A DNA stretch of 64,000 nucleotides from a virus. Each line of letters opens with the position of its first letter. Position 1 is the stretch's first letter. Shown piece by piece: positions 9,227-18,349 of the stretch. The position numbers were made by a program, and so were the translations under genes. The stretch covers positions 14,107-78,106 of IMG/VR virus record IMGVR_UViG_3300047548_001390, one strand, 5' to 3'. The notes beneath the pieces are model-generated. The model saw only the letters and a program-made list of their open reading frames with translations, did not search any database and was not told where the DNA came from.

Positions 9227-9894
9227 AATCCAAACCTTCCACGAATTGCTCTAAAATTATCTAAAACTTGTTGGTCACTTAATGAAATATTGTAAGCTAA
9301 TACCATTGACATATCACCTTGCCAATATCCGGCATATCCGGCACCGATAGTTATATTTGCTGATGTATATGTTAATTGTCCATACGAATGTGCTGTTGTG
9401 GATGATAAGCTACCGTTAATATACCACTTATGTTGATTGAAATCACGGGTAATACACATGACATTCCAAACGTTTCTAGGAGTAGTTGGGCTAGCAATGC
9501 CTATGTAAGGTACGTTGTTTGCTCCAGCATCACCAATATACTGACTTATATTATCTCCTTGCTCATGAGTCCAAGTTCCATACCCACCATATGCCTGATC
9601 CCACGGATTGCGCCTACCGGACGTATATGTGTGCCTCATCACAATCATGAGTGTTTGATTGTTAGAAAAATCCAATGTTGAATTATTCGTAACTGTTCCG
9701 GAATTGGAAGTACCGTTAAAGGTAAAATAAGGTCTCGTAAATGTAGGTGTTGACGTCCAAACACAGTGATTATTGTTTCCGCTTACATCAAACCACGTTG
9801 ACCCTGTACCTGGATAGCTTTTGACGTTTGCTGCATCAAGACAAAGTACTAATCCATCAGTAATAATAGTCGTACCATACTCAATTGCCATCAA
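9223..9894 (-). CDS. LamG/ConA-like lectin domain virion protein
   Basis: IITDGLVLCLDAANVKSYPGTGSTWFDVSGNNN...YNISLSDQQVLDNFRAIRGRFGL. Confidence 0.8.
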   Translation of the reverse strand: MMAIEYGTTIITDGLVLCLDAANVKSYPGTGSTWFDVSGNNNHCVWTSTPTFTRPYFTFNGTSNSGTVTNNSTLDFSNNQTLMIVMRHTYTSGRRNPWDQAYGGYGTWTHEQGDNISQYIGDAGANNVPYIGIASPTTPRNVWNVMCITRDFNQHKWYINGSLSSTTAHSYGQLTYTSANITIGAGYAGYWQGDMSMVLAYNISLSDQQVLDNFRAIRGRFGL

Positions 9895-12815
9895 TCAGTC
9901 TCCACTTGCAACTTATCAATATCGACACGTTCCGCTAACACATAGTAATAACAGTTGATATCTGTACTCATAAAATTATCATTCCCAACATACACTTTGT
10001 TGTCTTCAACTTTCTTAACATACAGTTTCTGGTGTTTTCCAATAGGTGTAAGTTGAACAGTAATTGATTCTGGATCAACTAACTTTGTCCAGTAGTCCGG
10101 TAATTCAATTACATTCCCTGTAAGTTTTCCACGAACATAAACGCCGTTCTCTGGACCTTCCAAAGAACCATAAATTAACCTCTTACCCTCTTTAGTTGGG
10201 TGAGGGATAGAGAACGACTTGGATACAGCAGATATTGTACCAGTTGCTGCATTAAATGATAATTTTGTTGTAGTTACTTTAGGTGTCTGATTAGATCCAG
10301 CAGCACCAACCATGACAGGATATAGAGTAACGGTTGACGTGTCATCAGTTGCGTTAATTGCAGTTGATGGGCCGCTGGCACCACTGATACCAGACCAACC
10401 TGAATATCCAGAAATACCCGAGTATCCACTAAATCCAGAATCACCATTAGATCCAATTACTCCATCTTGTCCTGAGTACCCACTAAAACCTGAGTAACCA
10501 GAAAATCCGGATGCACCGTCACCACCAAGTACACCATCTTGCCCTGAGTAACCACTTATTCCGGAGTATCCAGAATAACCAGAAATACCACTGTACCCCG
10601 AGGCACCAATTTCTCCGGAATAACCAGAGAACCCAGATTCACCTTGTGGTCCAGTTTCTCCAGAAAATCCTGAATAGCCACTAAAGCCAGAATCACCTGA
10701 AGCACCAACTTCACCCGACAAGCCGTCTTGACCACTAAACCCTGAGTACCCGGAAATGCCCGAGTAACCACTAGTGCCAGACTCGCCTTGAATACCCTGT
10801 TCACCTTGCGCACCAGAATATCCGCTGATACCAGACTCTCCAGAATATCCACTAAATCCTGATATGCCGGAGTCACCAGAGTATCCACTAATGCCGCTGA
10901 ATCCTGATATTCCAGTCTCTCCTTGAGCGCCATCTTGGCCGGAGTAGCCACTAAATCCAGAATATCCGGAGATACCTGAAGCGCCGGAGTCTCCACTAAA
11001 TCCGGATGCGCCCTCTTGACCGGAGTATCCACTAATGCCGCTGAATCCAGAGTAACCACTGAATCCCGATTGTCCATCTAACCCCGAATAACCCGAGTAA
11101 CCAGACTCACCGCTAAACCCTGATTCACCTTGTCCAGAATATCCGCTAATACCACTAAACCCTGAGAAGCCGCTTAACCCCGATATACCTTGCTCACCTT
11201 GGATACCTTGCGCACCAGAAAGATCAGTTACATACTGATATGAAGAGCCGTTCCAAAGATATAACCTTGAGCTCTCTGCATCTTCCACATTACCAGTATC
11301 GATAATAGCAAATTGACCTGCTGTGATACCTGTTGGCGATGTATCTGCTGTTAATGCTGCAACTGAACTATAAGTTTTGGCAATAGTGAATCCCATACCA
11401 ACAGCACCACTGAATCCTGAGAATCCACTAATACCTGAATATCCAGAAATACCAGATTCACCTTGAATACCATCTTGTCCTGAATATCCACTGAAGCCTG
11501 AGTACCCACTAAATCCTGATTCCCCATTAGCACCAGATTCACCTGAGAATCCGGAATATCCAGAAATACCAGATTCACCTTGGATGCCGTCTTGTCCTGA
11601 GTATCCACTGAAGCCGCTTGTACCAGAATACCCACTGATACCAGATTCGCCTTGAGCGCCATCTTGGCCAGAATAACCACTAAATCCAGAATTACCTGAG
11701 AAACCACTGATACCTGATTCACCTGAATATCCACTTGCACCCGACTCACCTGAGAATCCACTATAACCAGAGATACCCGAGTCTCCGGAAATACCAGAAT
11801 CGCCACTATAACCGGAGATACCGGAGTATCCCGATTCGCCAGAACCCCCACTGAATCCCGATTCTCCTGAGTATCCACTAATGCCGCTATAACCAGAGAT
11901 ACCCGAGTCTCCGGAGTATCCACTGATACCACTAGCGCCCGATTCTCCTGAGAATCCACTGTAGCCAGAAATACCAGAGTCTCCACTGAATCCAGATATA
12001 CCCGATGTGCCTTCTTGTCCTGAATATCCACTGAACCCAGATTCTCCGGAATAACCACTAAACCCAGAGGTACCCGATGCGCCCTCTTGACCAGAGTAAC
12101 CGCTAAATCCGCTGTAACCAGAATATCCGGATAATCCTGGAACATCGCCAGGTTGAACATTTTCCCAACGTCCAGCTGTAGAGTTGTATACAATTAAATC
12201 GTTATTTGCAAGTGTTCCAAATTCGACGTTAGAGTCAGTTCCACCAAGAACTGAACCATTAGTCATCCTAACGTAAATACGACCAGTACTTGCGTGCTGA
12301 CGAAGAACAATTGCTATTGGGGTTTTGATATTTGGTGCGGATGGTTTTGTAGAGGTCCATCCACCTGCAACAGCAGGGTTTGGGTAGAGAATTGTACCAA
12401 CTGCATATGCACTGGTGTTGACGTCACGAACAACGCCATTTGTAATAATTTGTGCAAACTCATCGTCAGTGGTGATGTCACGAGTAGCAACACCAATCAT
12501 GTATTCTGGAGCAACGGTACCATTTGTTACAGCAGCAGCAATAGTGATCTTGTCACCTTGCGCTCCAGTCGCCATAACAAAAGAACCGTTGGGAATTGTT
12601 ATGCCTGATGTGTTTTTACACGGCGGCATGAAGAACTCTTGACCAACCTGTTGGACGACACCATTATCGTGCCCAACATTAAGAGTATCATCTTCTGTGT
12701 TATACCATACACGACCTAGAGCAGGAGTTGCTGCTGTAGTGGTATCAAAGTCTACATAAACAACACCAGCATATGGTGCTAAAAGACCATTCTTGGCCTT
12801 AAATTCGTTTGCCAT
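9891..12815 (-). CDS. Long collagen-like (Gly-X-Ser) repeat tail fibre protein
   Basis: MANEFKAKNGL N-terminus; about 500 residues of SGY/SGF/SGI/SGE triplets with Gly every third residue; C-terminal KSFSIPHP...SLEGPENGVYVRG chaperone-like tail. Confidence 0.8.
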   Translation of the reverse strand: MANEFKAKNGLLAPYAGVVYVDFDTTTAATPALGRVWYNTEDDTLNVGHDNGVVQQVGQEFFMPPCKNTSGITIPNGSFVMATGAQGDKITIAAAVTNGTVAPEYMIGVATRDITTDDEFAQIITNGVVRDVNTSAYAVGTILYPNPAVAGGWTSTKPSAPNIKTPIAIVLRQHASTGRIYVRMTNGSVLGGTDSNVEFGTLANNDLIVYNSTAGRWENVQPGDVPGLSGYSGYSGFSGYSGQEGASGTSGFSGYSGESGFSGYSGQEGTSGISGFSGDSGISGYSGFSGESGASGISGYSGDSGISGYSGISGYSGESGFSGGSGESGYSGISGYSGDSGISGDSGISGYSGFSGESGASGYSGESGISGFSGNSGFSGYSGQDGAQGESGISGYSGTSGFSGYSGQDGIQGESGISGYSGFSGESGANGESGFSGYSGFSGYSGQDGIQGESGISGYSGISGFSGFSGAVGMGFTIAKTYSSVAALTADTSPTGITAGQFAIIDTGNVEDAESSRLYLWNGSSYQYVTDLSGAQGIQGEQGISGLSGFSGFSGISGYSGQGESGFSGESGYSGYSGLDGQSGFSGYSGFSGISGYSGQEGASGFSGDSGASGISGYSGFSGYSGQDGAQGETGISGFSGISGYSGDSGISGFSGYSGESGISGYSGAQGEQGIQGESGTSGYSGISGYSGFSGQDGLSGEVGASGDSGFSGYSGFSGETGPQGESGFSGYSGEIGASGYSGISGYSGYSGISGYSGQDGVLGGDGASGFSGYSGFSGYSGQDGVIGSNGDSGFSGYSGISGYSGWSGISGASGPSTAINATDDTSTVTLYPVMVGAAGSNQTPKVTTTKLSFNAATGTISAVSKSFSIPHPTKEGKRLIYGSLEGPENGVYVRGKLTGNVIELPDYWTKLVDPESITVQLTPIGKHQKLYVKKVEDNKVYVGNDNFMSTDINCYYYVLAERVDIDKLQVETD
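10375..12135 (-). repeat. Degenerate 9-nt coding repeat (Ser-Gly-X), interrupted by a globular segment at ~11200-11400
   Basis: Visible in both DNA and protein; synonymous positions are varied. Confidence 0.9.
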
Positions 12816-12847
12816 CTCGTTTCCCTATCCACGAGTAATTTTGATTA

Positions 12848-13321
12848 TTAAGATTCCAGTAGAATCCTTCTTATATTTATAGTTGCCATCGCATTCGATT
12901 GCATTGTAATCAATAATCTAACATTACCAGCATACACGTCAGTCGTAACAGTGCATAGTAAAGATGGAGTGGTGTGAAGTAATGCGTATTCAGTAGTAAA
13001 CGTAGTTGTACCGTTATGCAGTAAAAGCATTTCGGAAGTTTGGTATTCGGTGCCTTGAGTCACCTGAATAATATACTTAGCAGATCTATACGCCGATGCA
13101 GACCAAGAGTCTGTAACTTGTTGATCAGTTGATGTATAGGTTGCAGTAATAACTTTGAAAATTTGTTTCTGAGAAACAAGAGGTTCAATGACATCGCCGA
13201 CAGTTTTATAGTACGCCGCTCCATCATTATAATTCAACGCTAATTCACCATATGAAAGATCATTGGTGATAGGAACTTTACCTGCTACTGAGGATTTTTT
13301 CAGTAAGACTTTATTTGCCAT
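12848..13321 (-). CDS. Virion/tail-fibre-associated protein
   Basis: KKSSVAGKVP..L.YGELALNYNDG N-terminal fibre motif; YRSAKYIIQV...SEMLLLHNG domain. Confidence 0.7.
   Translation of the reverse strand: MANKVLLKKSSVAGKVPITNDLSYGELALNYNDGAAYYKTVGDVIEPLVSQKQIFKVITATYTSTDQQVTDSWSASAYRSAKYIIQVTQGTEYQTSEMLLLHNGTTTFTTEYALLHTTPSLLCTVTTDVYAGNVRLLITMQSNAMATINIRRILLES
12874..12881 (-). promoter_or_regulatory. T4 late promoter TATAAATA
   Basis: Exact consensus upstream of the 12815 start. Confidence 0.65.
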
Positions 13322-13330
13322 AATGATTCC

Positions 13331-13363
13331 TAAAAAGGGAAAGGGGTGCTATAGAGCACCCCT
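13331..13363 (-). terminator. Intrinsic terminator-like hairpin
   Basis: AGGGGTGCT-CTAT-AGCACCCCT followed by TTCCCTTTTT on the minus strand, downstream of the 13384 stop. Confidence 0.7.
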
Positions 13364-13364
13364 A

Positions 13365-13372
13365 TATTTATA
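13365..13372 (-). promoter_or_regulatory. T4 late promoter TATAAATA
   Basis: Exact consensus upstream of the 13321 start. Confidence 0.7.
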
Positions 13373-13383
13373 CTAATTCAAGA

Positions 13384-15366
13384 TTAATATGTCCCACCAT
13401 CAACATCACCATATACTGGCATACCAGAGGAATTGATTTGAAGAACTTTACCTTCAGTGCTTGCTGCCAATGTTGACAGAGTGTTGTTTGCCGAAGCGTA
13501 AATCAAATCACCTGCAGTGTATGCAGTCAGACCAGTACCACCATATCCAGTACCAATTGTGGTTGCATTCCAAGTACCGGTTGTAACTGTACCGAGTGTG
13601 GTAATGGTATTTTGACCAGCATACGTTGAAGCAATGTCAATTGCATCCGCGCTCACTGTAATACGATCAGCAGTACCACCAACAGTCAGTACACCAGCAG
13701 CATATGTAAGACCGTCACCTGCCAAACCACTCTTCAATTGCAGAGCGTCAGAAACAATCTCAATACCACCTGAAGCAGCAACAACAACATCCAATCTGTT
13801 GCCATCTTTTGTCAGCGCATCGCCAGCAATAATCTGACCAGCACCAGAGAACTGTGTAAAGACCAGTTCTGTAGTACCCATGGTGATAGAACCATTGGTA
13901 CTTAGAACATAACCGTTATCGGCAATCGTGTTACCTTCTTCAACGAAAGTAAACGCACCTGGAGTAACTTCAGTGTTAGTATCGAAGTCAGTTGCACGAG
14001 TCAGTACCCAGTTCGAAGAGATCGAACCAGCATCTGTAACAACATAGATACCGTTTTGTTCAGCACTTGTTTGATTCTTAACAAGGATACGATTACCATT
14101 GGCAGCATTTACACCATCAATTTGCAACGCAGCTTGTGTACCAGAATTGGTTAATGTTGCACCAACTCCTGATGTACCGTTGTCGTATGTTGCTGTAAGA
14201 GCAGCAATAGTTGCCAAGCGAACCGATTCTTTAATGTCCAGACCTGCTTTGGTAGCGTCAACATACCCTTTAGTAGCAGCGTCTGTAGCTTGAGTTGGTT
14301 CAGCAACCGATGTAATACGCTTGCTGGAAACGTCAACTGTACCAGTACCGGTAGGTACCAAAGTAACATTGTTGTTACCAGTAGCGGCAGCAATTGTAAT
14401 TCCTGCTGTGTTACCTGTGATGCTCGTAGCAGTTGCAGCACCCAATTCTGGAGTGACCAAAGTTGGAGTATTAGCAAATACCAATGCGCCGGTACCTGTC
14501 TCATCGCTAATAACTTCAGCAAGTTCTGAAGAAGAAGTTGCAGCGAATACGTTCAGTTTCTGGTTTGTTAATGCAACAGTACCAGTCAACGCTGGAAGTG
14601 TAACTGTATTAGTACCTGCAATTGCAGTTGCTTGAACTGTAATATTACCAGAAGTAGAACCTGGGAACTGAACACTGGAAATACCAGTTAGAGCTAAATT
14701 AGCAGAAGCACGATTTAGTGCAACTTCAGTTGTACCAATGTGATGAGTATCAGCGCGGCGAGCAATTGTACTATCAGCATCAATGGTAACAGAGTTAGTA
14801 CCAACGGTAGTTGTAATGCCATCACCACCAGTAATGGTGAGAGTTTCTGTTAACAATGCAATTGATTCTGTTCCAGTGTCACCAGCAATATTCAATGCCG
14901 ATGATGCAGCCGCCCATGAAACCGTACCAGTACCGTTTGTGGTCAGAACATAACCGTTGGTACCATCAATACGGGGTAGTGTATAAGCATTAGCAATACT
15001 GACTAAACCAGTACCATTTGGATCTAATACTAGATTACCATTGGCATTGGTTGTACCTAATGTATTACCATTGAGTTGTAAGTTGTCGACCAACAGATCA
15101 TCGATCTTTTTGTTGGAATCAACAATGATTGCAGAACCAGCAGTCAATGTACCTGCTGAATGATCCAACATATCAGTAAAGTACTTACCGCCAATGACGA
15201 CATGCTCAAGAGCATTGCCATTTGTCTCGGCACCCATACCGATATAAAGTCTACCACCACCCTGTACCGAGGTATGATCGGCATTAGAGTATGCTAATTC
15301 ACCAGTACCTAGTGTATTTGGATTGCCCGTTACTCCCGAGCGTTTGATACGAATGATCGATGCCAT
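13384..15366 (-). CDS. Tail fibre protein
   Basis: IRIKRSG...GELAYS N-terminus, DAATKGYVD, RILVKNQT..QNGIY..W.LTRATDFD and terminal DGGTY motifs; T/G/A-rich. Confidence 0.8.
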   Translation of the reverse strand: MASIIRIKRSGVTGNPNTLGTGELAYSNADHTSVQGGGRLYIGMGAETNGNALEHVVIGGKYFTDMLDHSAGTLTAGSAIIVDSNKKIDDLLVDNLQLNGNTLGTTNANGNLVLDPNGTGLVSIANAYTLPRIDGTNGYVLTTNGTGTVSWAAASSALNIAGDTGTESIALLTETLTITGGDGITTTVGTNSVTIDADSTIARRADTHHIGTTEVALNRASANLALTGISSVQFPGSTSGNITVQATAIAGTNTVTLPALTGTVALTNQKLNVFAATSSSELAEVISDETGTGALVFANTPTLVTPELGAATATSITGNTAGITIAAATGNNNVTLVPTGTGTVDVSSKRITSVAEPTQATDAATKGYVDATKAGLDIKESVRLATIAALTATYDNGTSGVGATLTNSGTQAALQIDGVNAANGNRILVKNQTSAEQNGIYVVTDAGSISSNWVLTRATDFDTNTEVTPGAFTFVEEGNTIADNGYVLSTNGSITMGTTELVFTQFSGAGQIIAGDALTKDGNRLDVVVAASGGIEIVSDALQLKSGLAGDGLTYAAGVLTVGGTADRITVSADAIDIASTYAGQNTITTLGTVTTGTWNATTIGTGYGGTGLTAYTAGDLIYASANNTLSTLAASTEGKVLQINSSGMPVYGDVDGGTY

Positions 15367-15379
15367 ATTTTATTCTCCG

Positions 15380-15637
15380 TTAAAATTCGCCGCCTTCCAT
15401 AAATTGCTGATTAAGCAATCGGGTGGACGTCCATTTGCTTGTTTGTGCCTTATACACTAATACTGAACCGTCTTGTGTACCTTCTGTTATAACATCCACA
15501 TCCGATAATTCGTTGAGGGTTGTTACGCCAATATTGCCACTTCCATCTGCTCCACTTACAACAGTCGTTACTCCTCCAGTGCTATCGATAACGGTAGCAA
15601 TTGTAGGTCCATCCTGTATTTGTTCGATTGTAGCCAT
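15380..15637 (-). CDS. Small virion protein
   Basis: LSDVD...DGSVLVY...W and terminal EGGEF; tail-gene context. Confidence 0.65.
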   Translation of the reverse strand: MATIEQIQDGPTIATVIDSTGGVTTVVSGADGSGNIGVTTLNELSDVDVITEGTQDGSVLVYKAQTSKWTSTRLLNQQFMEGGEF

Positions 15638-15638
15638 T

Positions 15639-15974
15639 TTAAGCTCGTGTAATCTGTGGAACTATGGTAATAATACCTTCTACTACTCTGAGTTTTTCCC
15701 CAGTATTGTCAGTTATTTCAATATCATACAAGTACCTACCTGCCGGAATATTTTCCGTAGTTTCAGCATTTAATCGCAGTTTCACTTTTCCAGCTGAAGC
15801 GTCAGTAATACTACACGGAATGGTGTAACCAATACTTGAGGTAGTATTCTTTCGCATTTGAGAGGATACAGTATATCCGGTAAGATCAAAGGTGGTTCCA
15901 GCTGGAGTCACCAATGTGATGAACCGACTGAAATATGAACCCTGATCCACGAATAGATTTGATACTGTTGCCAT
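15639..15974 (-). CDS. Baseplate/fibre adaptor (BppU-like Ig fold)
   Basis: NLFVDQGS...DLTGYT..SQMRK...GRYLYDIEI...RVVEGIITIVP. Confidence 0.7.
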   Translation of the reverse strand: MATVSNLFVDQGSYFSRFITLVTPAGTTFDLTGYTVSSQMRKNTTSSIGYTIPCSITDASAGKVKLRLNAETTENIPAGRYLYDIEITDNTGEKLRVVEGIITIVPQITRA

Positions 15975-16030
15975 GCGTACTCCGCGTTTGTTTTATTTAT
16001 CTTTACAATAACCTGGTATATTTATTGTTT

Positions 16031-16894
16031 TTAAATCAACGGCTTCATTGTGCAGATGTAATAAATCGGCTGTGGTTCTCCATTCATCATCGGAAGAATG
16101 GTCATTTTGAACCTGTTATCGTAAATATCAGACCAACTTCTATTACTTTCTATCGTTTCCCACATTTGATCATATGAATTGATATAGGGAACACACATAA
16201 TCATGTCTCTTCCTACAACATTATCATAATGACCAAAATCAAATATATCGACAAACCGATCGTTACAAAAAAACATTTTTTTATGTTTATCAACAATAAA
16301 AATGATATCAGAGGCTGAATTCAGAGCATTGAAACACGCTTTTGTACGCTTTTGTTTTTCGCGGATTGACGTAACATCGCGGCCAATGATAATTAGCTCT
16401 TTTCGTGACCCGTCCACATTGAATACCGGGGTTTTCAAAATATCAAAAATGTATGTCGAACCATCGTGTGGGATGTATTCTTCAGTTCTACACGTCTTTT
16501 TTGTGTTCCACGCCTGGTTGTCTGTCACTTGACATTGAGATAACGACTCAAATAGATGAGGATATACCTTCTTTAATTGTTCATCCGTTTTACCGTAGTA
16601 CTCACCGTGATGCCAATTATAAAGACACTGTCCCCGATGGTTCAGCGTCCTCCACTTCCCTTCCCCATCTTTCACTATGACAAGATCATTAATAGCATCA
16701 ATAGTAGAATAGAACCGAGATTCAGAAGCATGCAACTCTTCTTGCAATACAGTAGCGGCACTAACGGCAGCTTCGGATACCTCCATAGCTGTAGTGCTCA
16801 ATAGGTTAAGACTCTCATCAAGTTGTTTGAGGTCCACCTGATGAGAGTCTTTTTTATGCTGTTTTTTGGGTTTATTTAAAAGACGGGAAATCAT
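16031..16894 (-). CDS. Stand-alone PAS-domain protein (coiled coil + PAS/PAC + PAS)
   Basis: IDAINDLVIVKDGEGKW..LN...YGKTDEQL...KTPVFNVDGSRKELIIIGRDVT; second PAS at LNSASDIIFIVD...FCNDRF. No kinase or GGDEF output domain. Confidence 0.85.
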   Translation of the reverse strand: MISRLLNKPKKQHKKDSHQVDLKQLDESLNLLSTTAMEVSEAAVSAATVLQEELHASESRFYSTIDAINDLVIVKDGEGKWRTLNHRGQCLYNWHHGEYYGKTDEQLKKVYPHLFESLSQCQVTDNQAWNTKKTCRTEEYIPHDGSTYIFDILKTPVFNVDGSRKELIIIGRDVTSIREKQKRTKACFNALNSASDIIFIVDKHKKMFFCNDRFVDIFDFGHYDNVVGRDMIMCVPYINSYDQMWETIESNRSWSDIYDNRFKMTILPMMNGEPQPIYYICTMKPLI

Positions 16895-16903
16895 AGCTAC
16901 TCA

Positions 16904-17182
16904 TTACTTTCTATTGGATTGAATAGTAATGAGCACGATCTTGATTTCGTTTAATGCTTGAACAAGATCTAAATTGCCTTTATGATAACGATCTACAATC
17001 TCTTTGATTGATGTGGTTTCACTGTCTTTTGCTTCATATACTAATTTGGTTGTTTCTGTGAGGTTTTTAGAGAGAGTTTTACGGTCCCAAATCAATACAC
17101 CTATAGCGACAAACAATATCGTAATAACCGCTGCTTCTCCCCCAGCAGCTAAGAATTTTAATAGCGTGTGGGCGAAATCCAT
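16904..17182 (-). CDS. Small membrane protein (holin-like?)
   Basis: Single hydrophobic helix (AAVITILFVAIGVLIW) followed by an amphipathic/coiled C-terminus. Confidence 0.55.
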   Translation of the reverse strand: MDFAHTLLKFLAAGGEAAVITILFVAIGVLIWDRKTLSKNLTETTKLVYEAKDSETTSIKEIVDRYHKGNLDLVQALNEIKIVLITIQSNRK

Positions 17183-17234
17183 AGTGGGTTGTTTCCTTGA
17201 TTAGCCTTTCACGAGACTTTGTGAAAGTGCCAAT

Positions 17235-17242
17235 TATTTATG
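17235..17242 (-). promoter_or_regulatory. Late promoter variant CATAAATA, followed by a 7-bp hairpin (17206-17227)
   Basis: NATAAATA upstream of the membrane-protein/PAS pair; CTTTCAC...GTGAAAG inverted repeat. Confidence 0.5.
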
Positions 17243-17262
17243 TGATTTGATTGGCTTGATAA

Positions 17263-17499
17263 TCAATTTGAAGATAGTAAATCTTTAGCCCTCTGGACGT
17301 CCGCTAAATGTGACTTTTTGCAGTGCTCTTTTTCAAAAGGGTAAAATAATGCATCAATGATTAACTGAGCGTATTTCCATTGTTGGCGATAGGATCTACC
17401 GCTAATACTTTCGTTTGACGTCGTCTCGTCTATTCTAGGCAAAAACATTACATTTAGCAGTTGGCTTAAAGCATCGCCAATCATTAGTAATCGTTTCAT
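17263..17499 (-). CDS. Conserved phage hypothetical protein
   Basis: DALSQLLNV...NESISGRSYR...IDALF...EHCKKS pattern. Start reassigned to ATG 17499, just after the upstream stop. Confidence 0.65.
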   Translation of the reverse strand: MKRLLMIGDALSQLLNVMFLPRIDETTSNESISGRSYRQQWKYAQLIIDALFYPFEKEHCKKSHLADVQRAKDLLSSN

Positions 17500-17500
17500 T

Positions 17501-18349
17501 TTATGGCTGATCCCATATATTAGTCGCCTTAAAAAACTGTCCGTTTGTATAATCAGTATAAAAATCAAAATTATCTATTGTAACACCCTCCATGTAGGCA
17601 TATTTTTTTACATCATTGAAATACACATCTGCAGTGTACTTTTCCATTGGTAAAACATTTTTATCACGAATCTTACATTCGCGGAGATGGTCAACCCCTT
17701 CTTTCCCCCAGATACCAGTTAATAAATGCCGAGTAATAATTTTTGGATGGTAAGCCATTCCGTGATTATTGAACAATTCTCCTGGAAGTGGAGTGATCCT
17801 TTTGTATCCGTATTCTTTAATTGCTTCAAACACAAGTTTAGGTCCAGCCACATTAAGAACAAACTCTCTGTTTGATTGCTGATCAAAAGGTAAGGTAATC
17901 TTTGTTGTTTCTTTCAGTCTGTTGAACGATGCAACAGCCATCTCCATACAGGTCTCAAAAAACGTATGACCAGCTGAAGATATCATCAAAGCGTTTTCGA
18001 TAGGAATATCACCATACGGTGCCTGAACAATGTATACTCCTGACCTCAAATTGCGGTCAAATCTATGATAGCAGAACACATCCATATCTGCATAGATTCC
18101 ACCATACTTGTGGAGTATACAGAATCTAGCAAAATCAATTTTCATGATGTGAGCAGGGAACTGTTGGAAGGTTTCCCAGTACTGCGGATAGTGTGTTTCA
18201 ATTAAATTGTCGAGATCTTCGTGGTCATTCCAAAGTTTGAACTGATAGTCCGGAAATTTGGACAACCACGAATCTCGACAAGGTTTCCATAAAGGATGCC
18301 ACTTTGATTCGTCACTTGGTGCTATATGATGTATAATTTTTGGAATCAT
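17501..18349 (-). CDS. GT32/OCH1-like DxD glycosyltransferase
   Basis: MIPKIIH...W...DFARFCILHKYGGIYADMD. Confidence 0.88.
   Translation of the reverse strand: MIPKIIHHIAPSDESKWHPLWKPCRDSWLSKFPDYQFKLWNDHEDLDNLIETHYPQYWETFQQFPAHIMKIDFARFCILHKYGGIYADMDVFCYHRFDRNLRSGVYIVQAPYGDIPIENALMISSAGHTFFETCMEMAVASFNRLKETTKITLPFDQQSNREFVLNVAGPKLVFEAIKEYGYKRITPLPGELFNNHGMAYHPKIITRHLLTGIWGKEGVDHLRECKIRDKNVLPMEKYTADVYFNDVKKYAYMEGVTIDNFDFYTDYTNGQFFKATNIWDQP

Noticed and set aside
10375-12135. CRISPR-like or non-coding repeat array
   Set aside because: The repeats are degenerate 9-nt codon triplets inside an open frame, with no constant repeat plus unique spacer structure.
10556-12193. Alternative-frame ORFs (173 aa and 280 aa) overlapping the collagen-like gene
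   Set aside because: These are by-products of low-complexity repeats lacking stops, with no RBS or recognisable domain.
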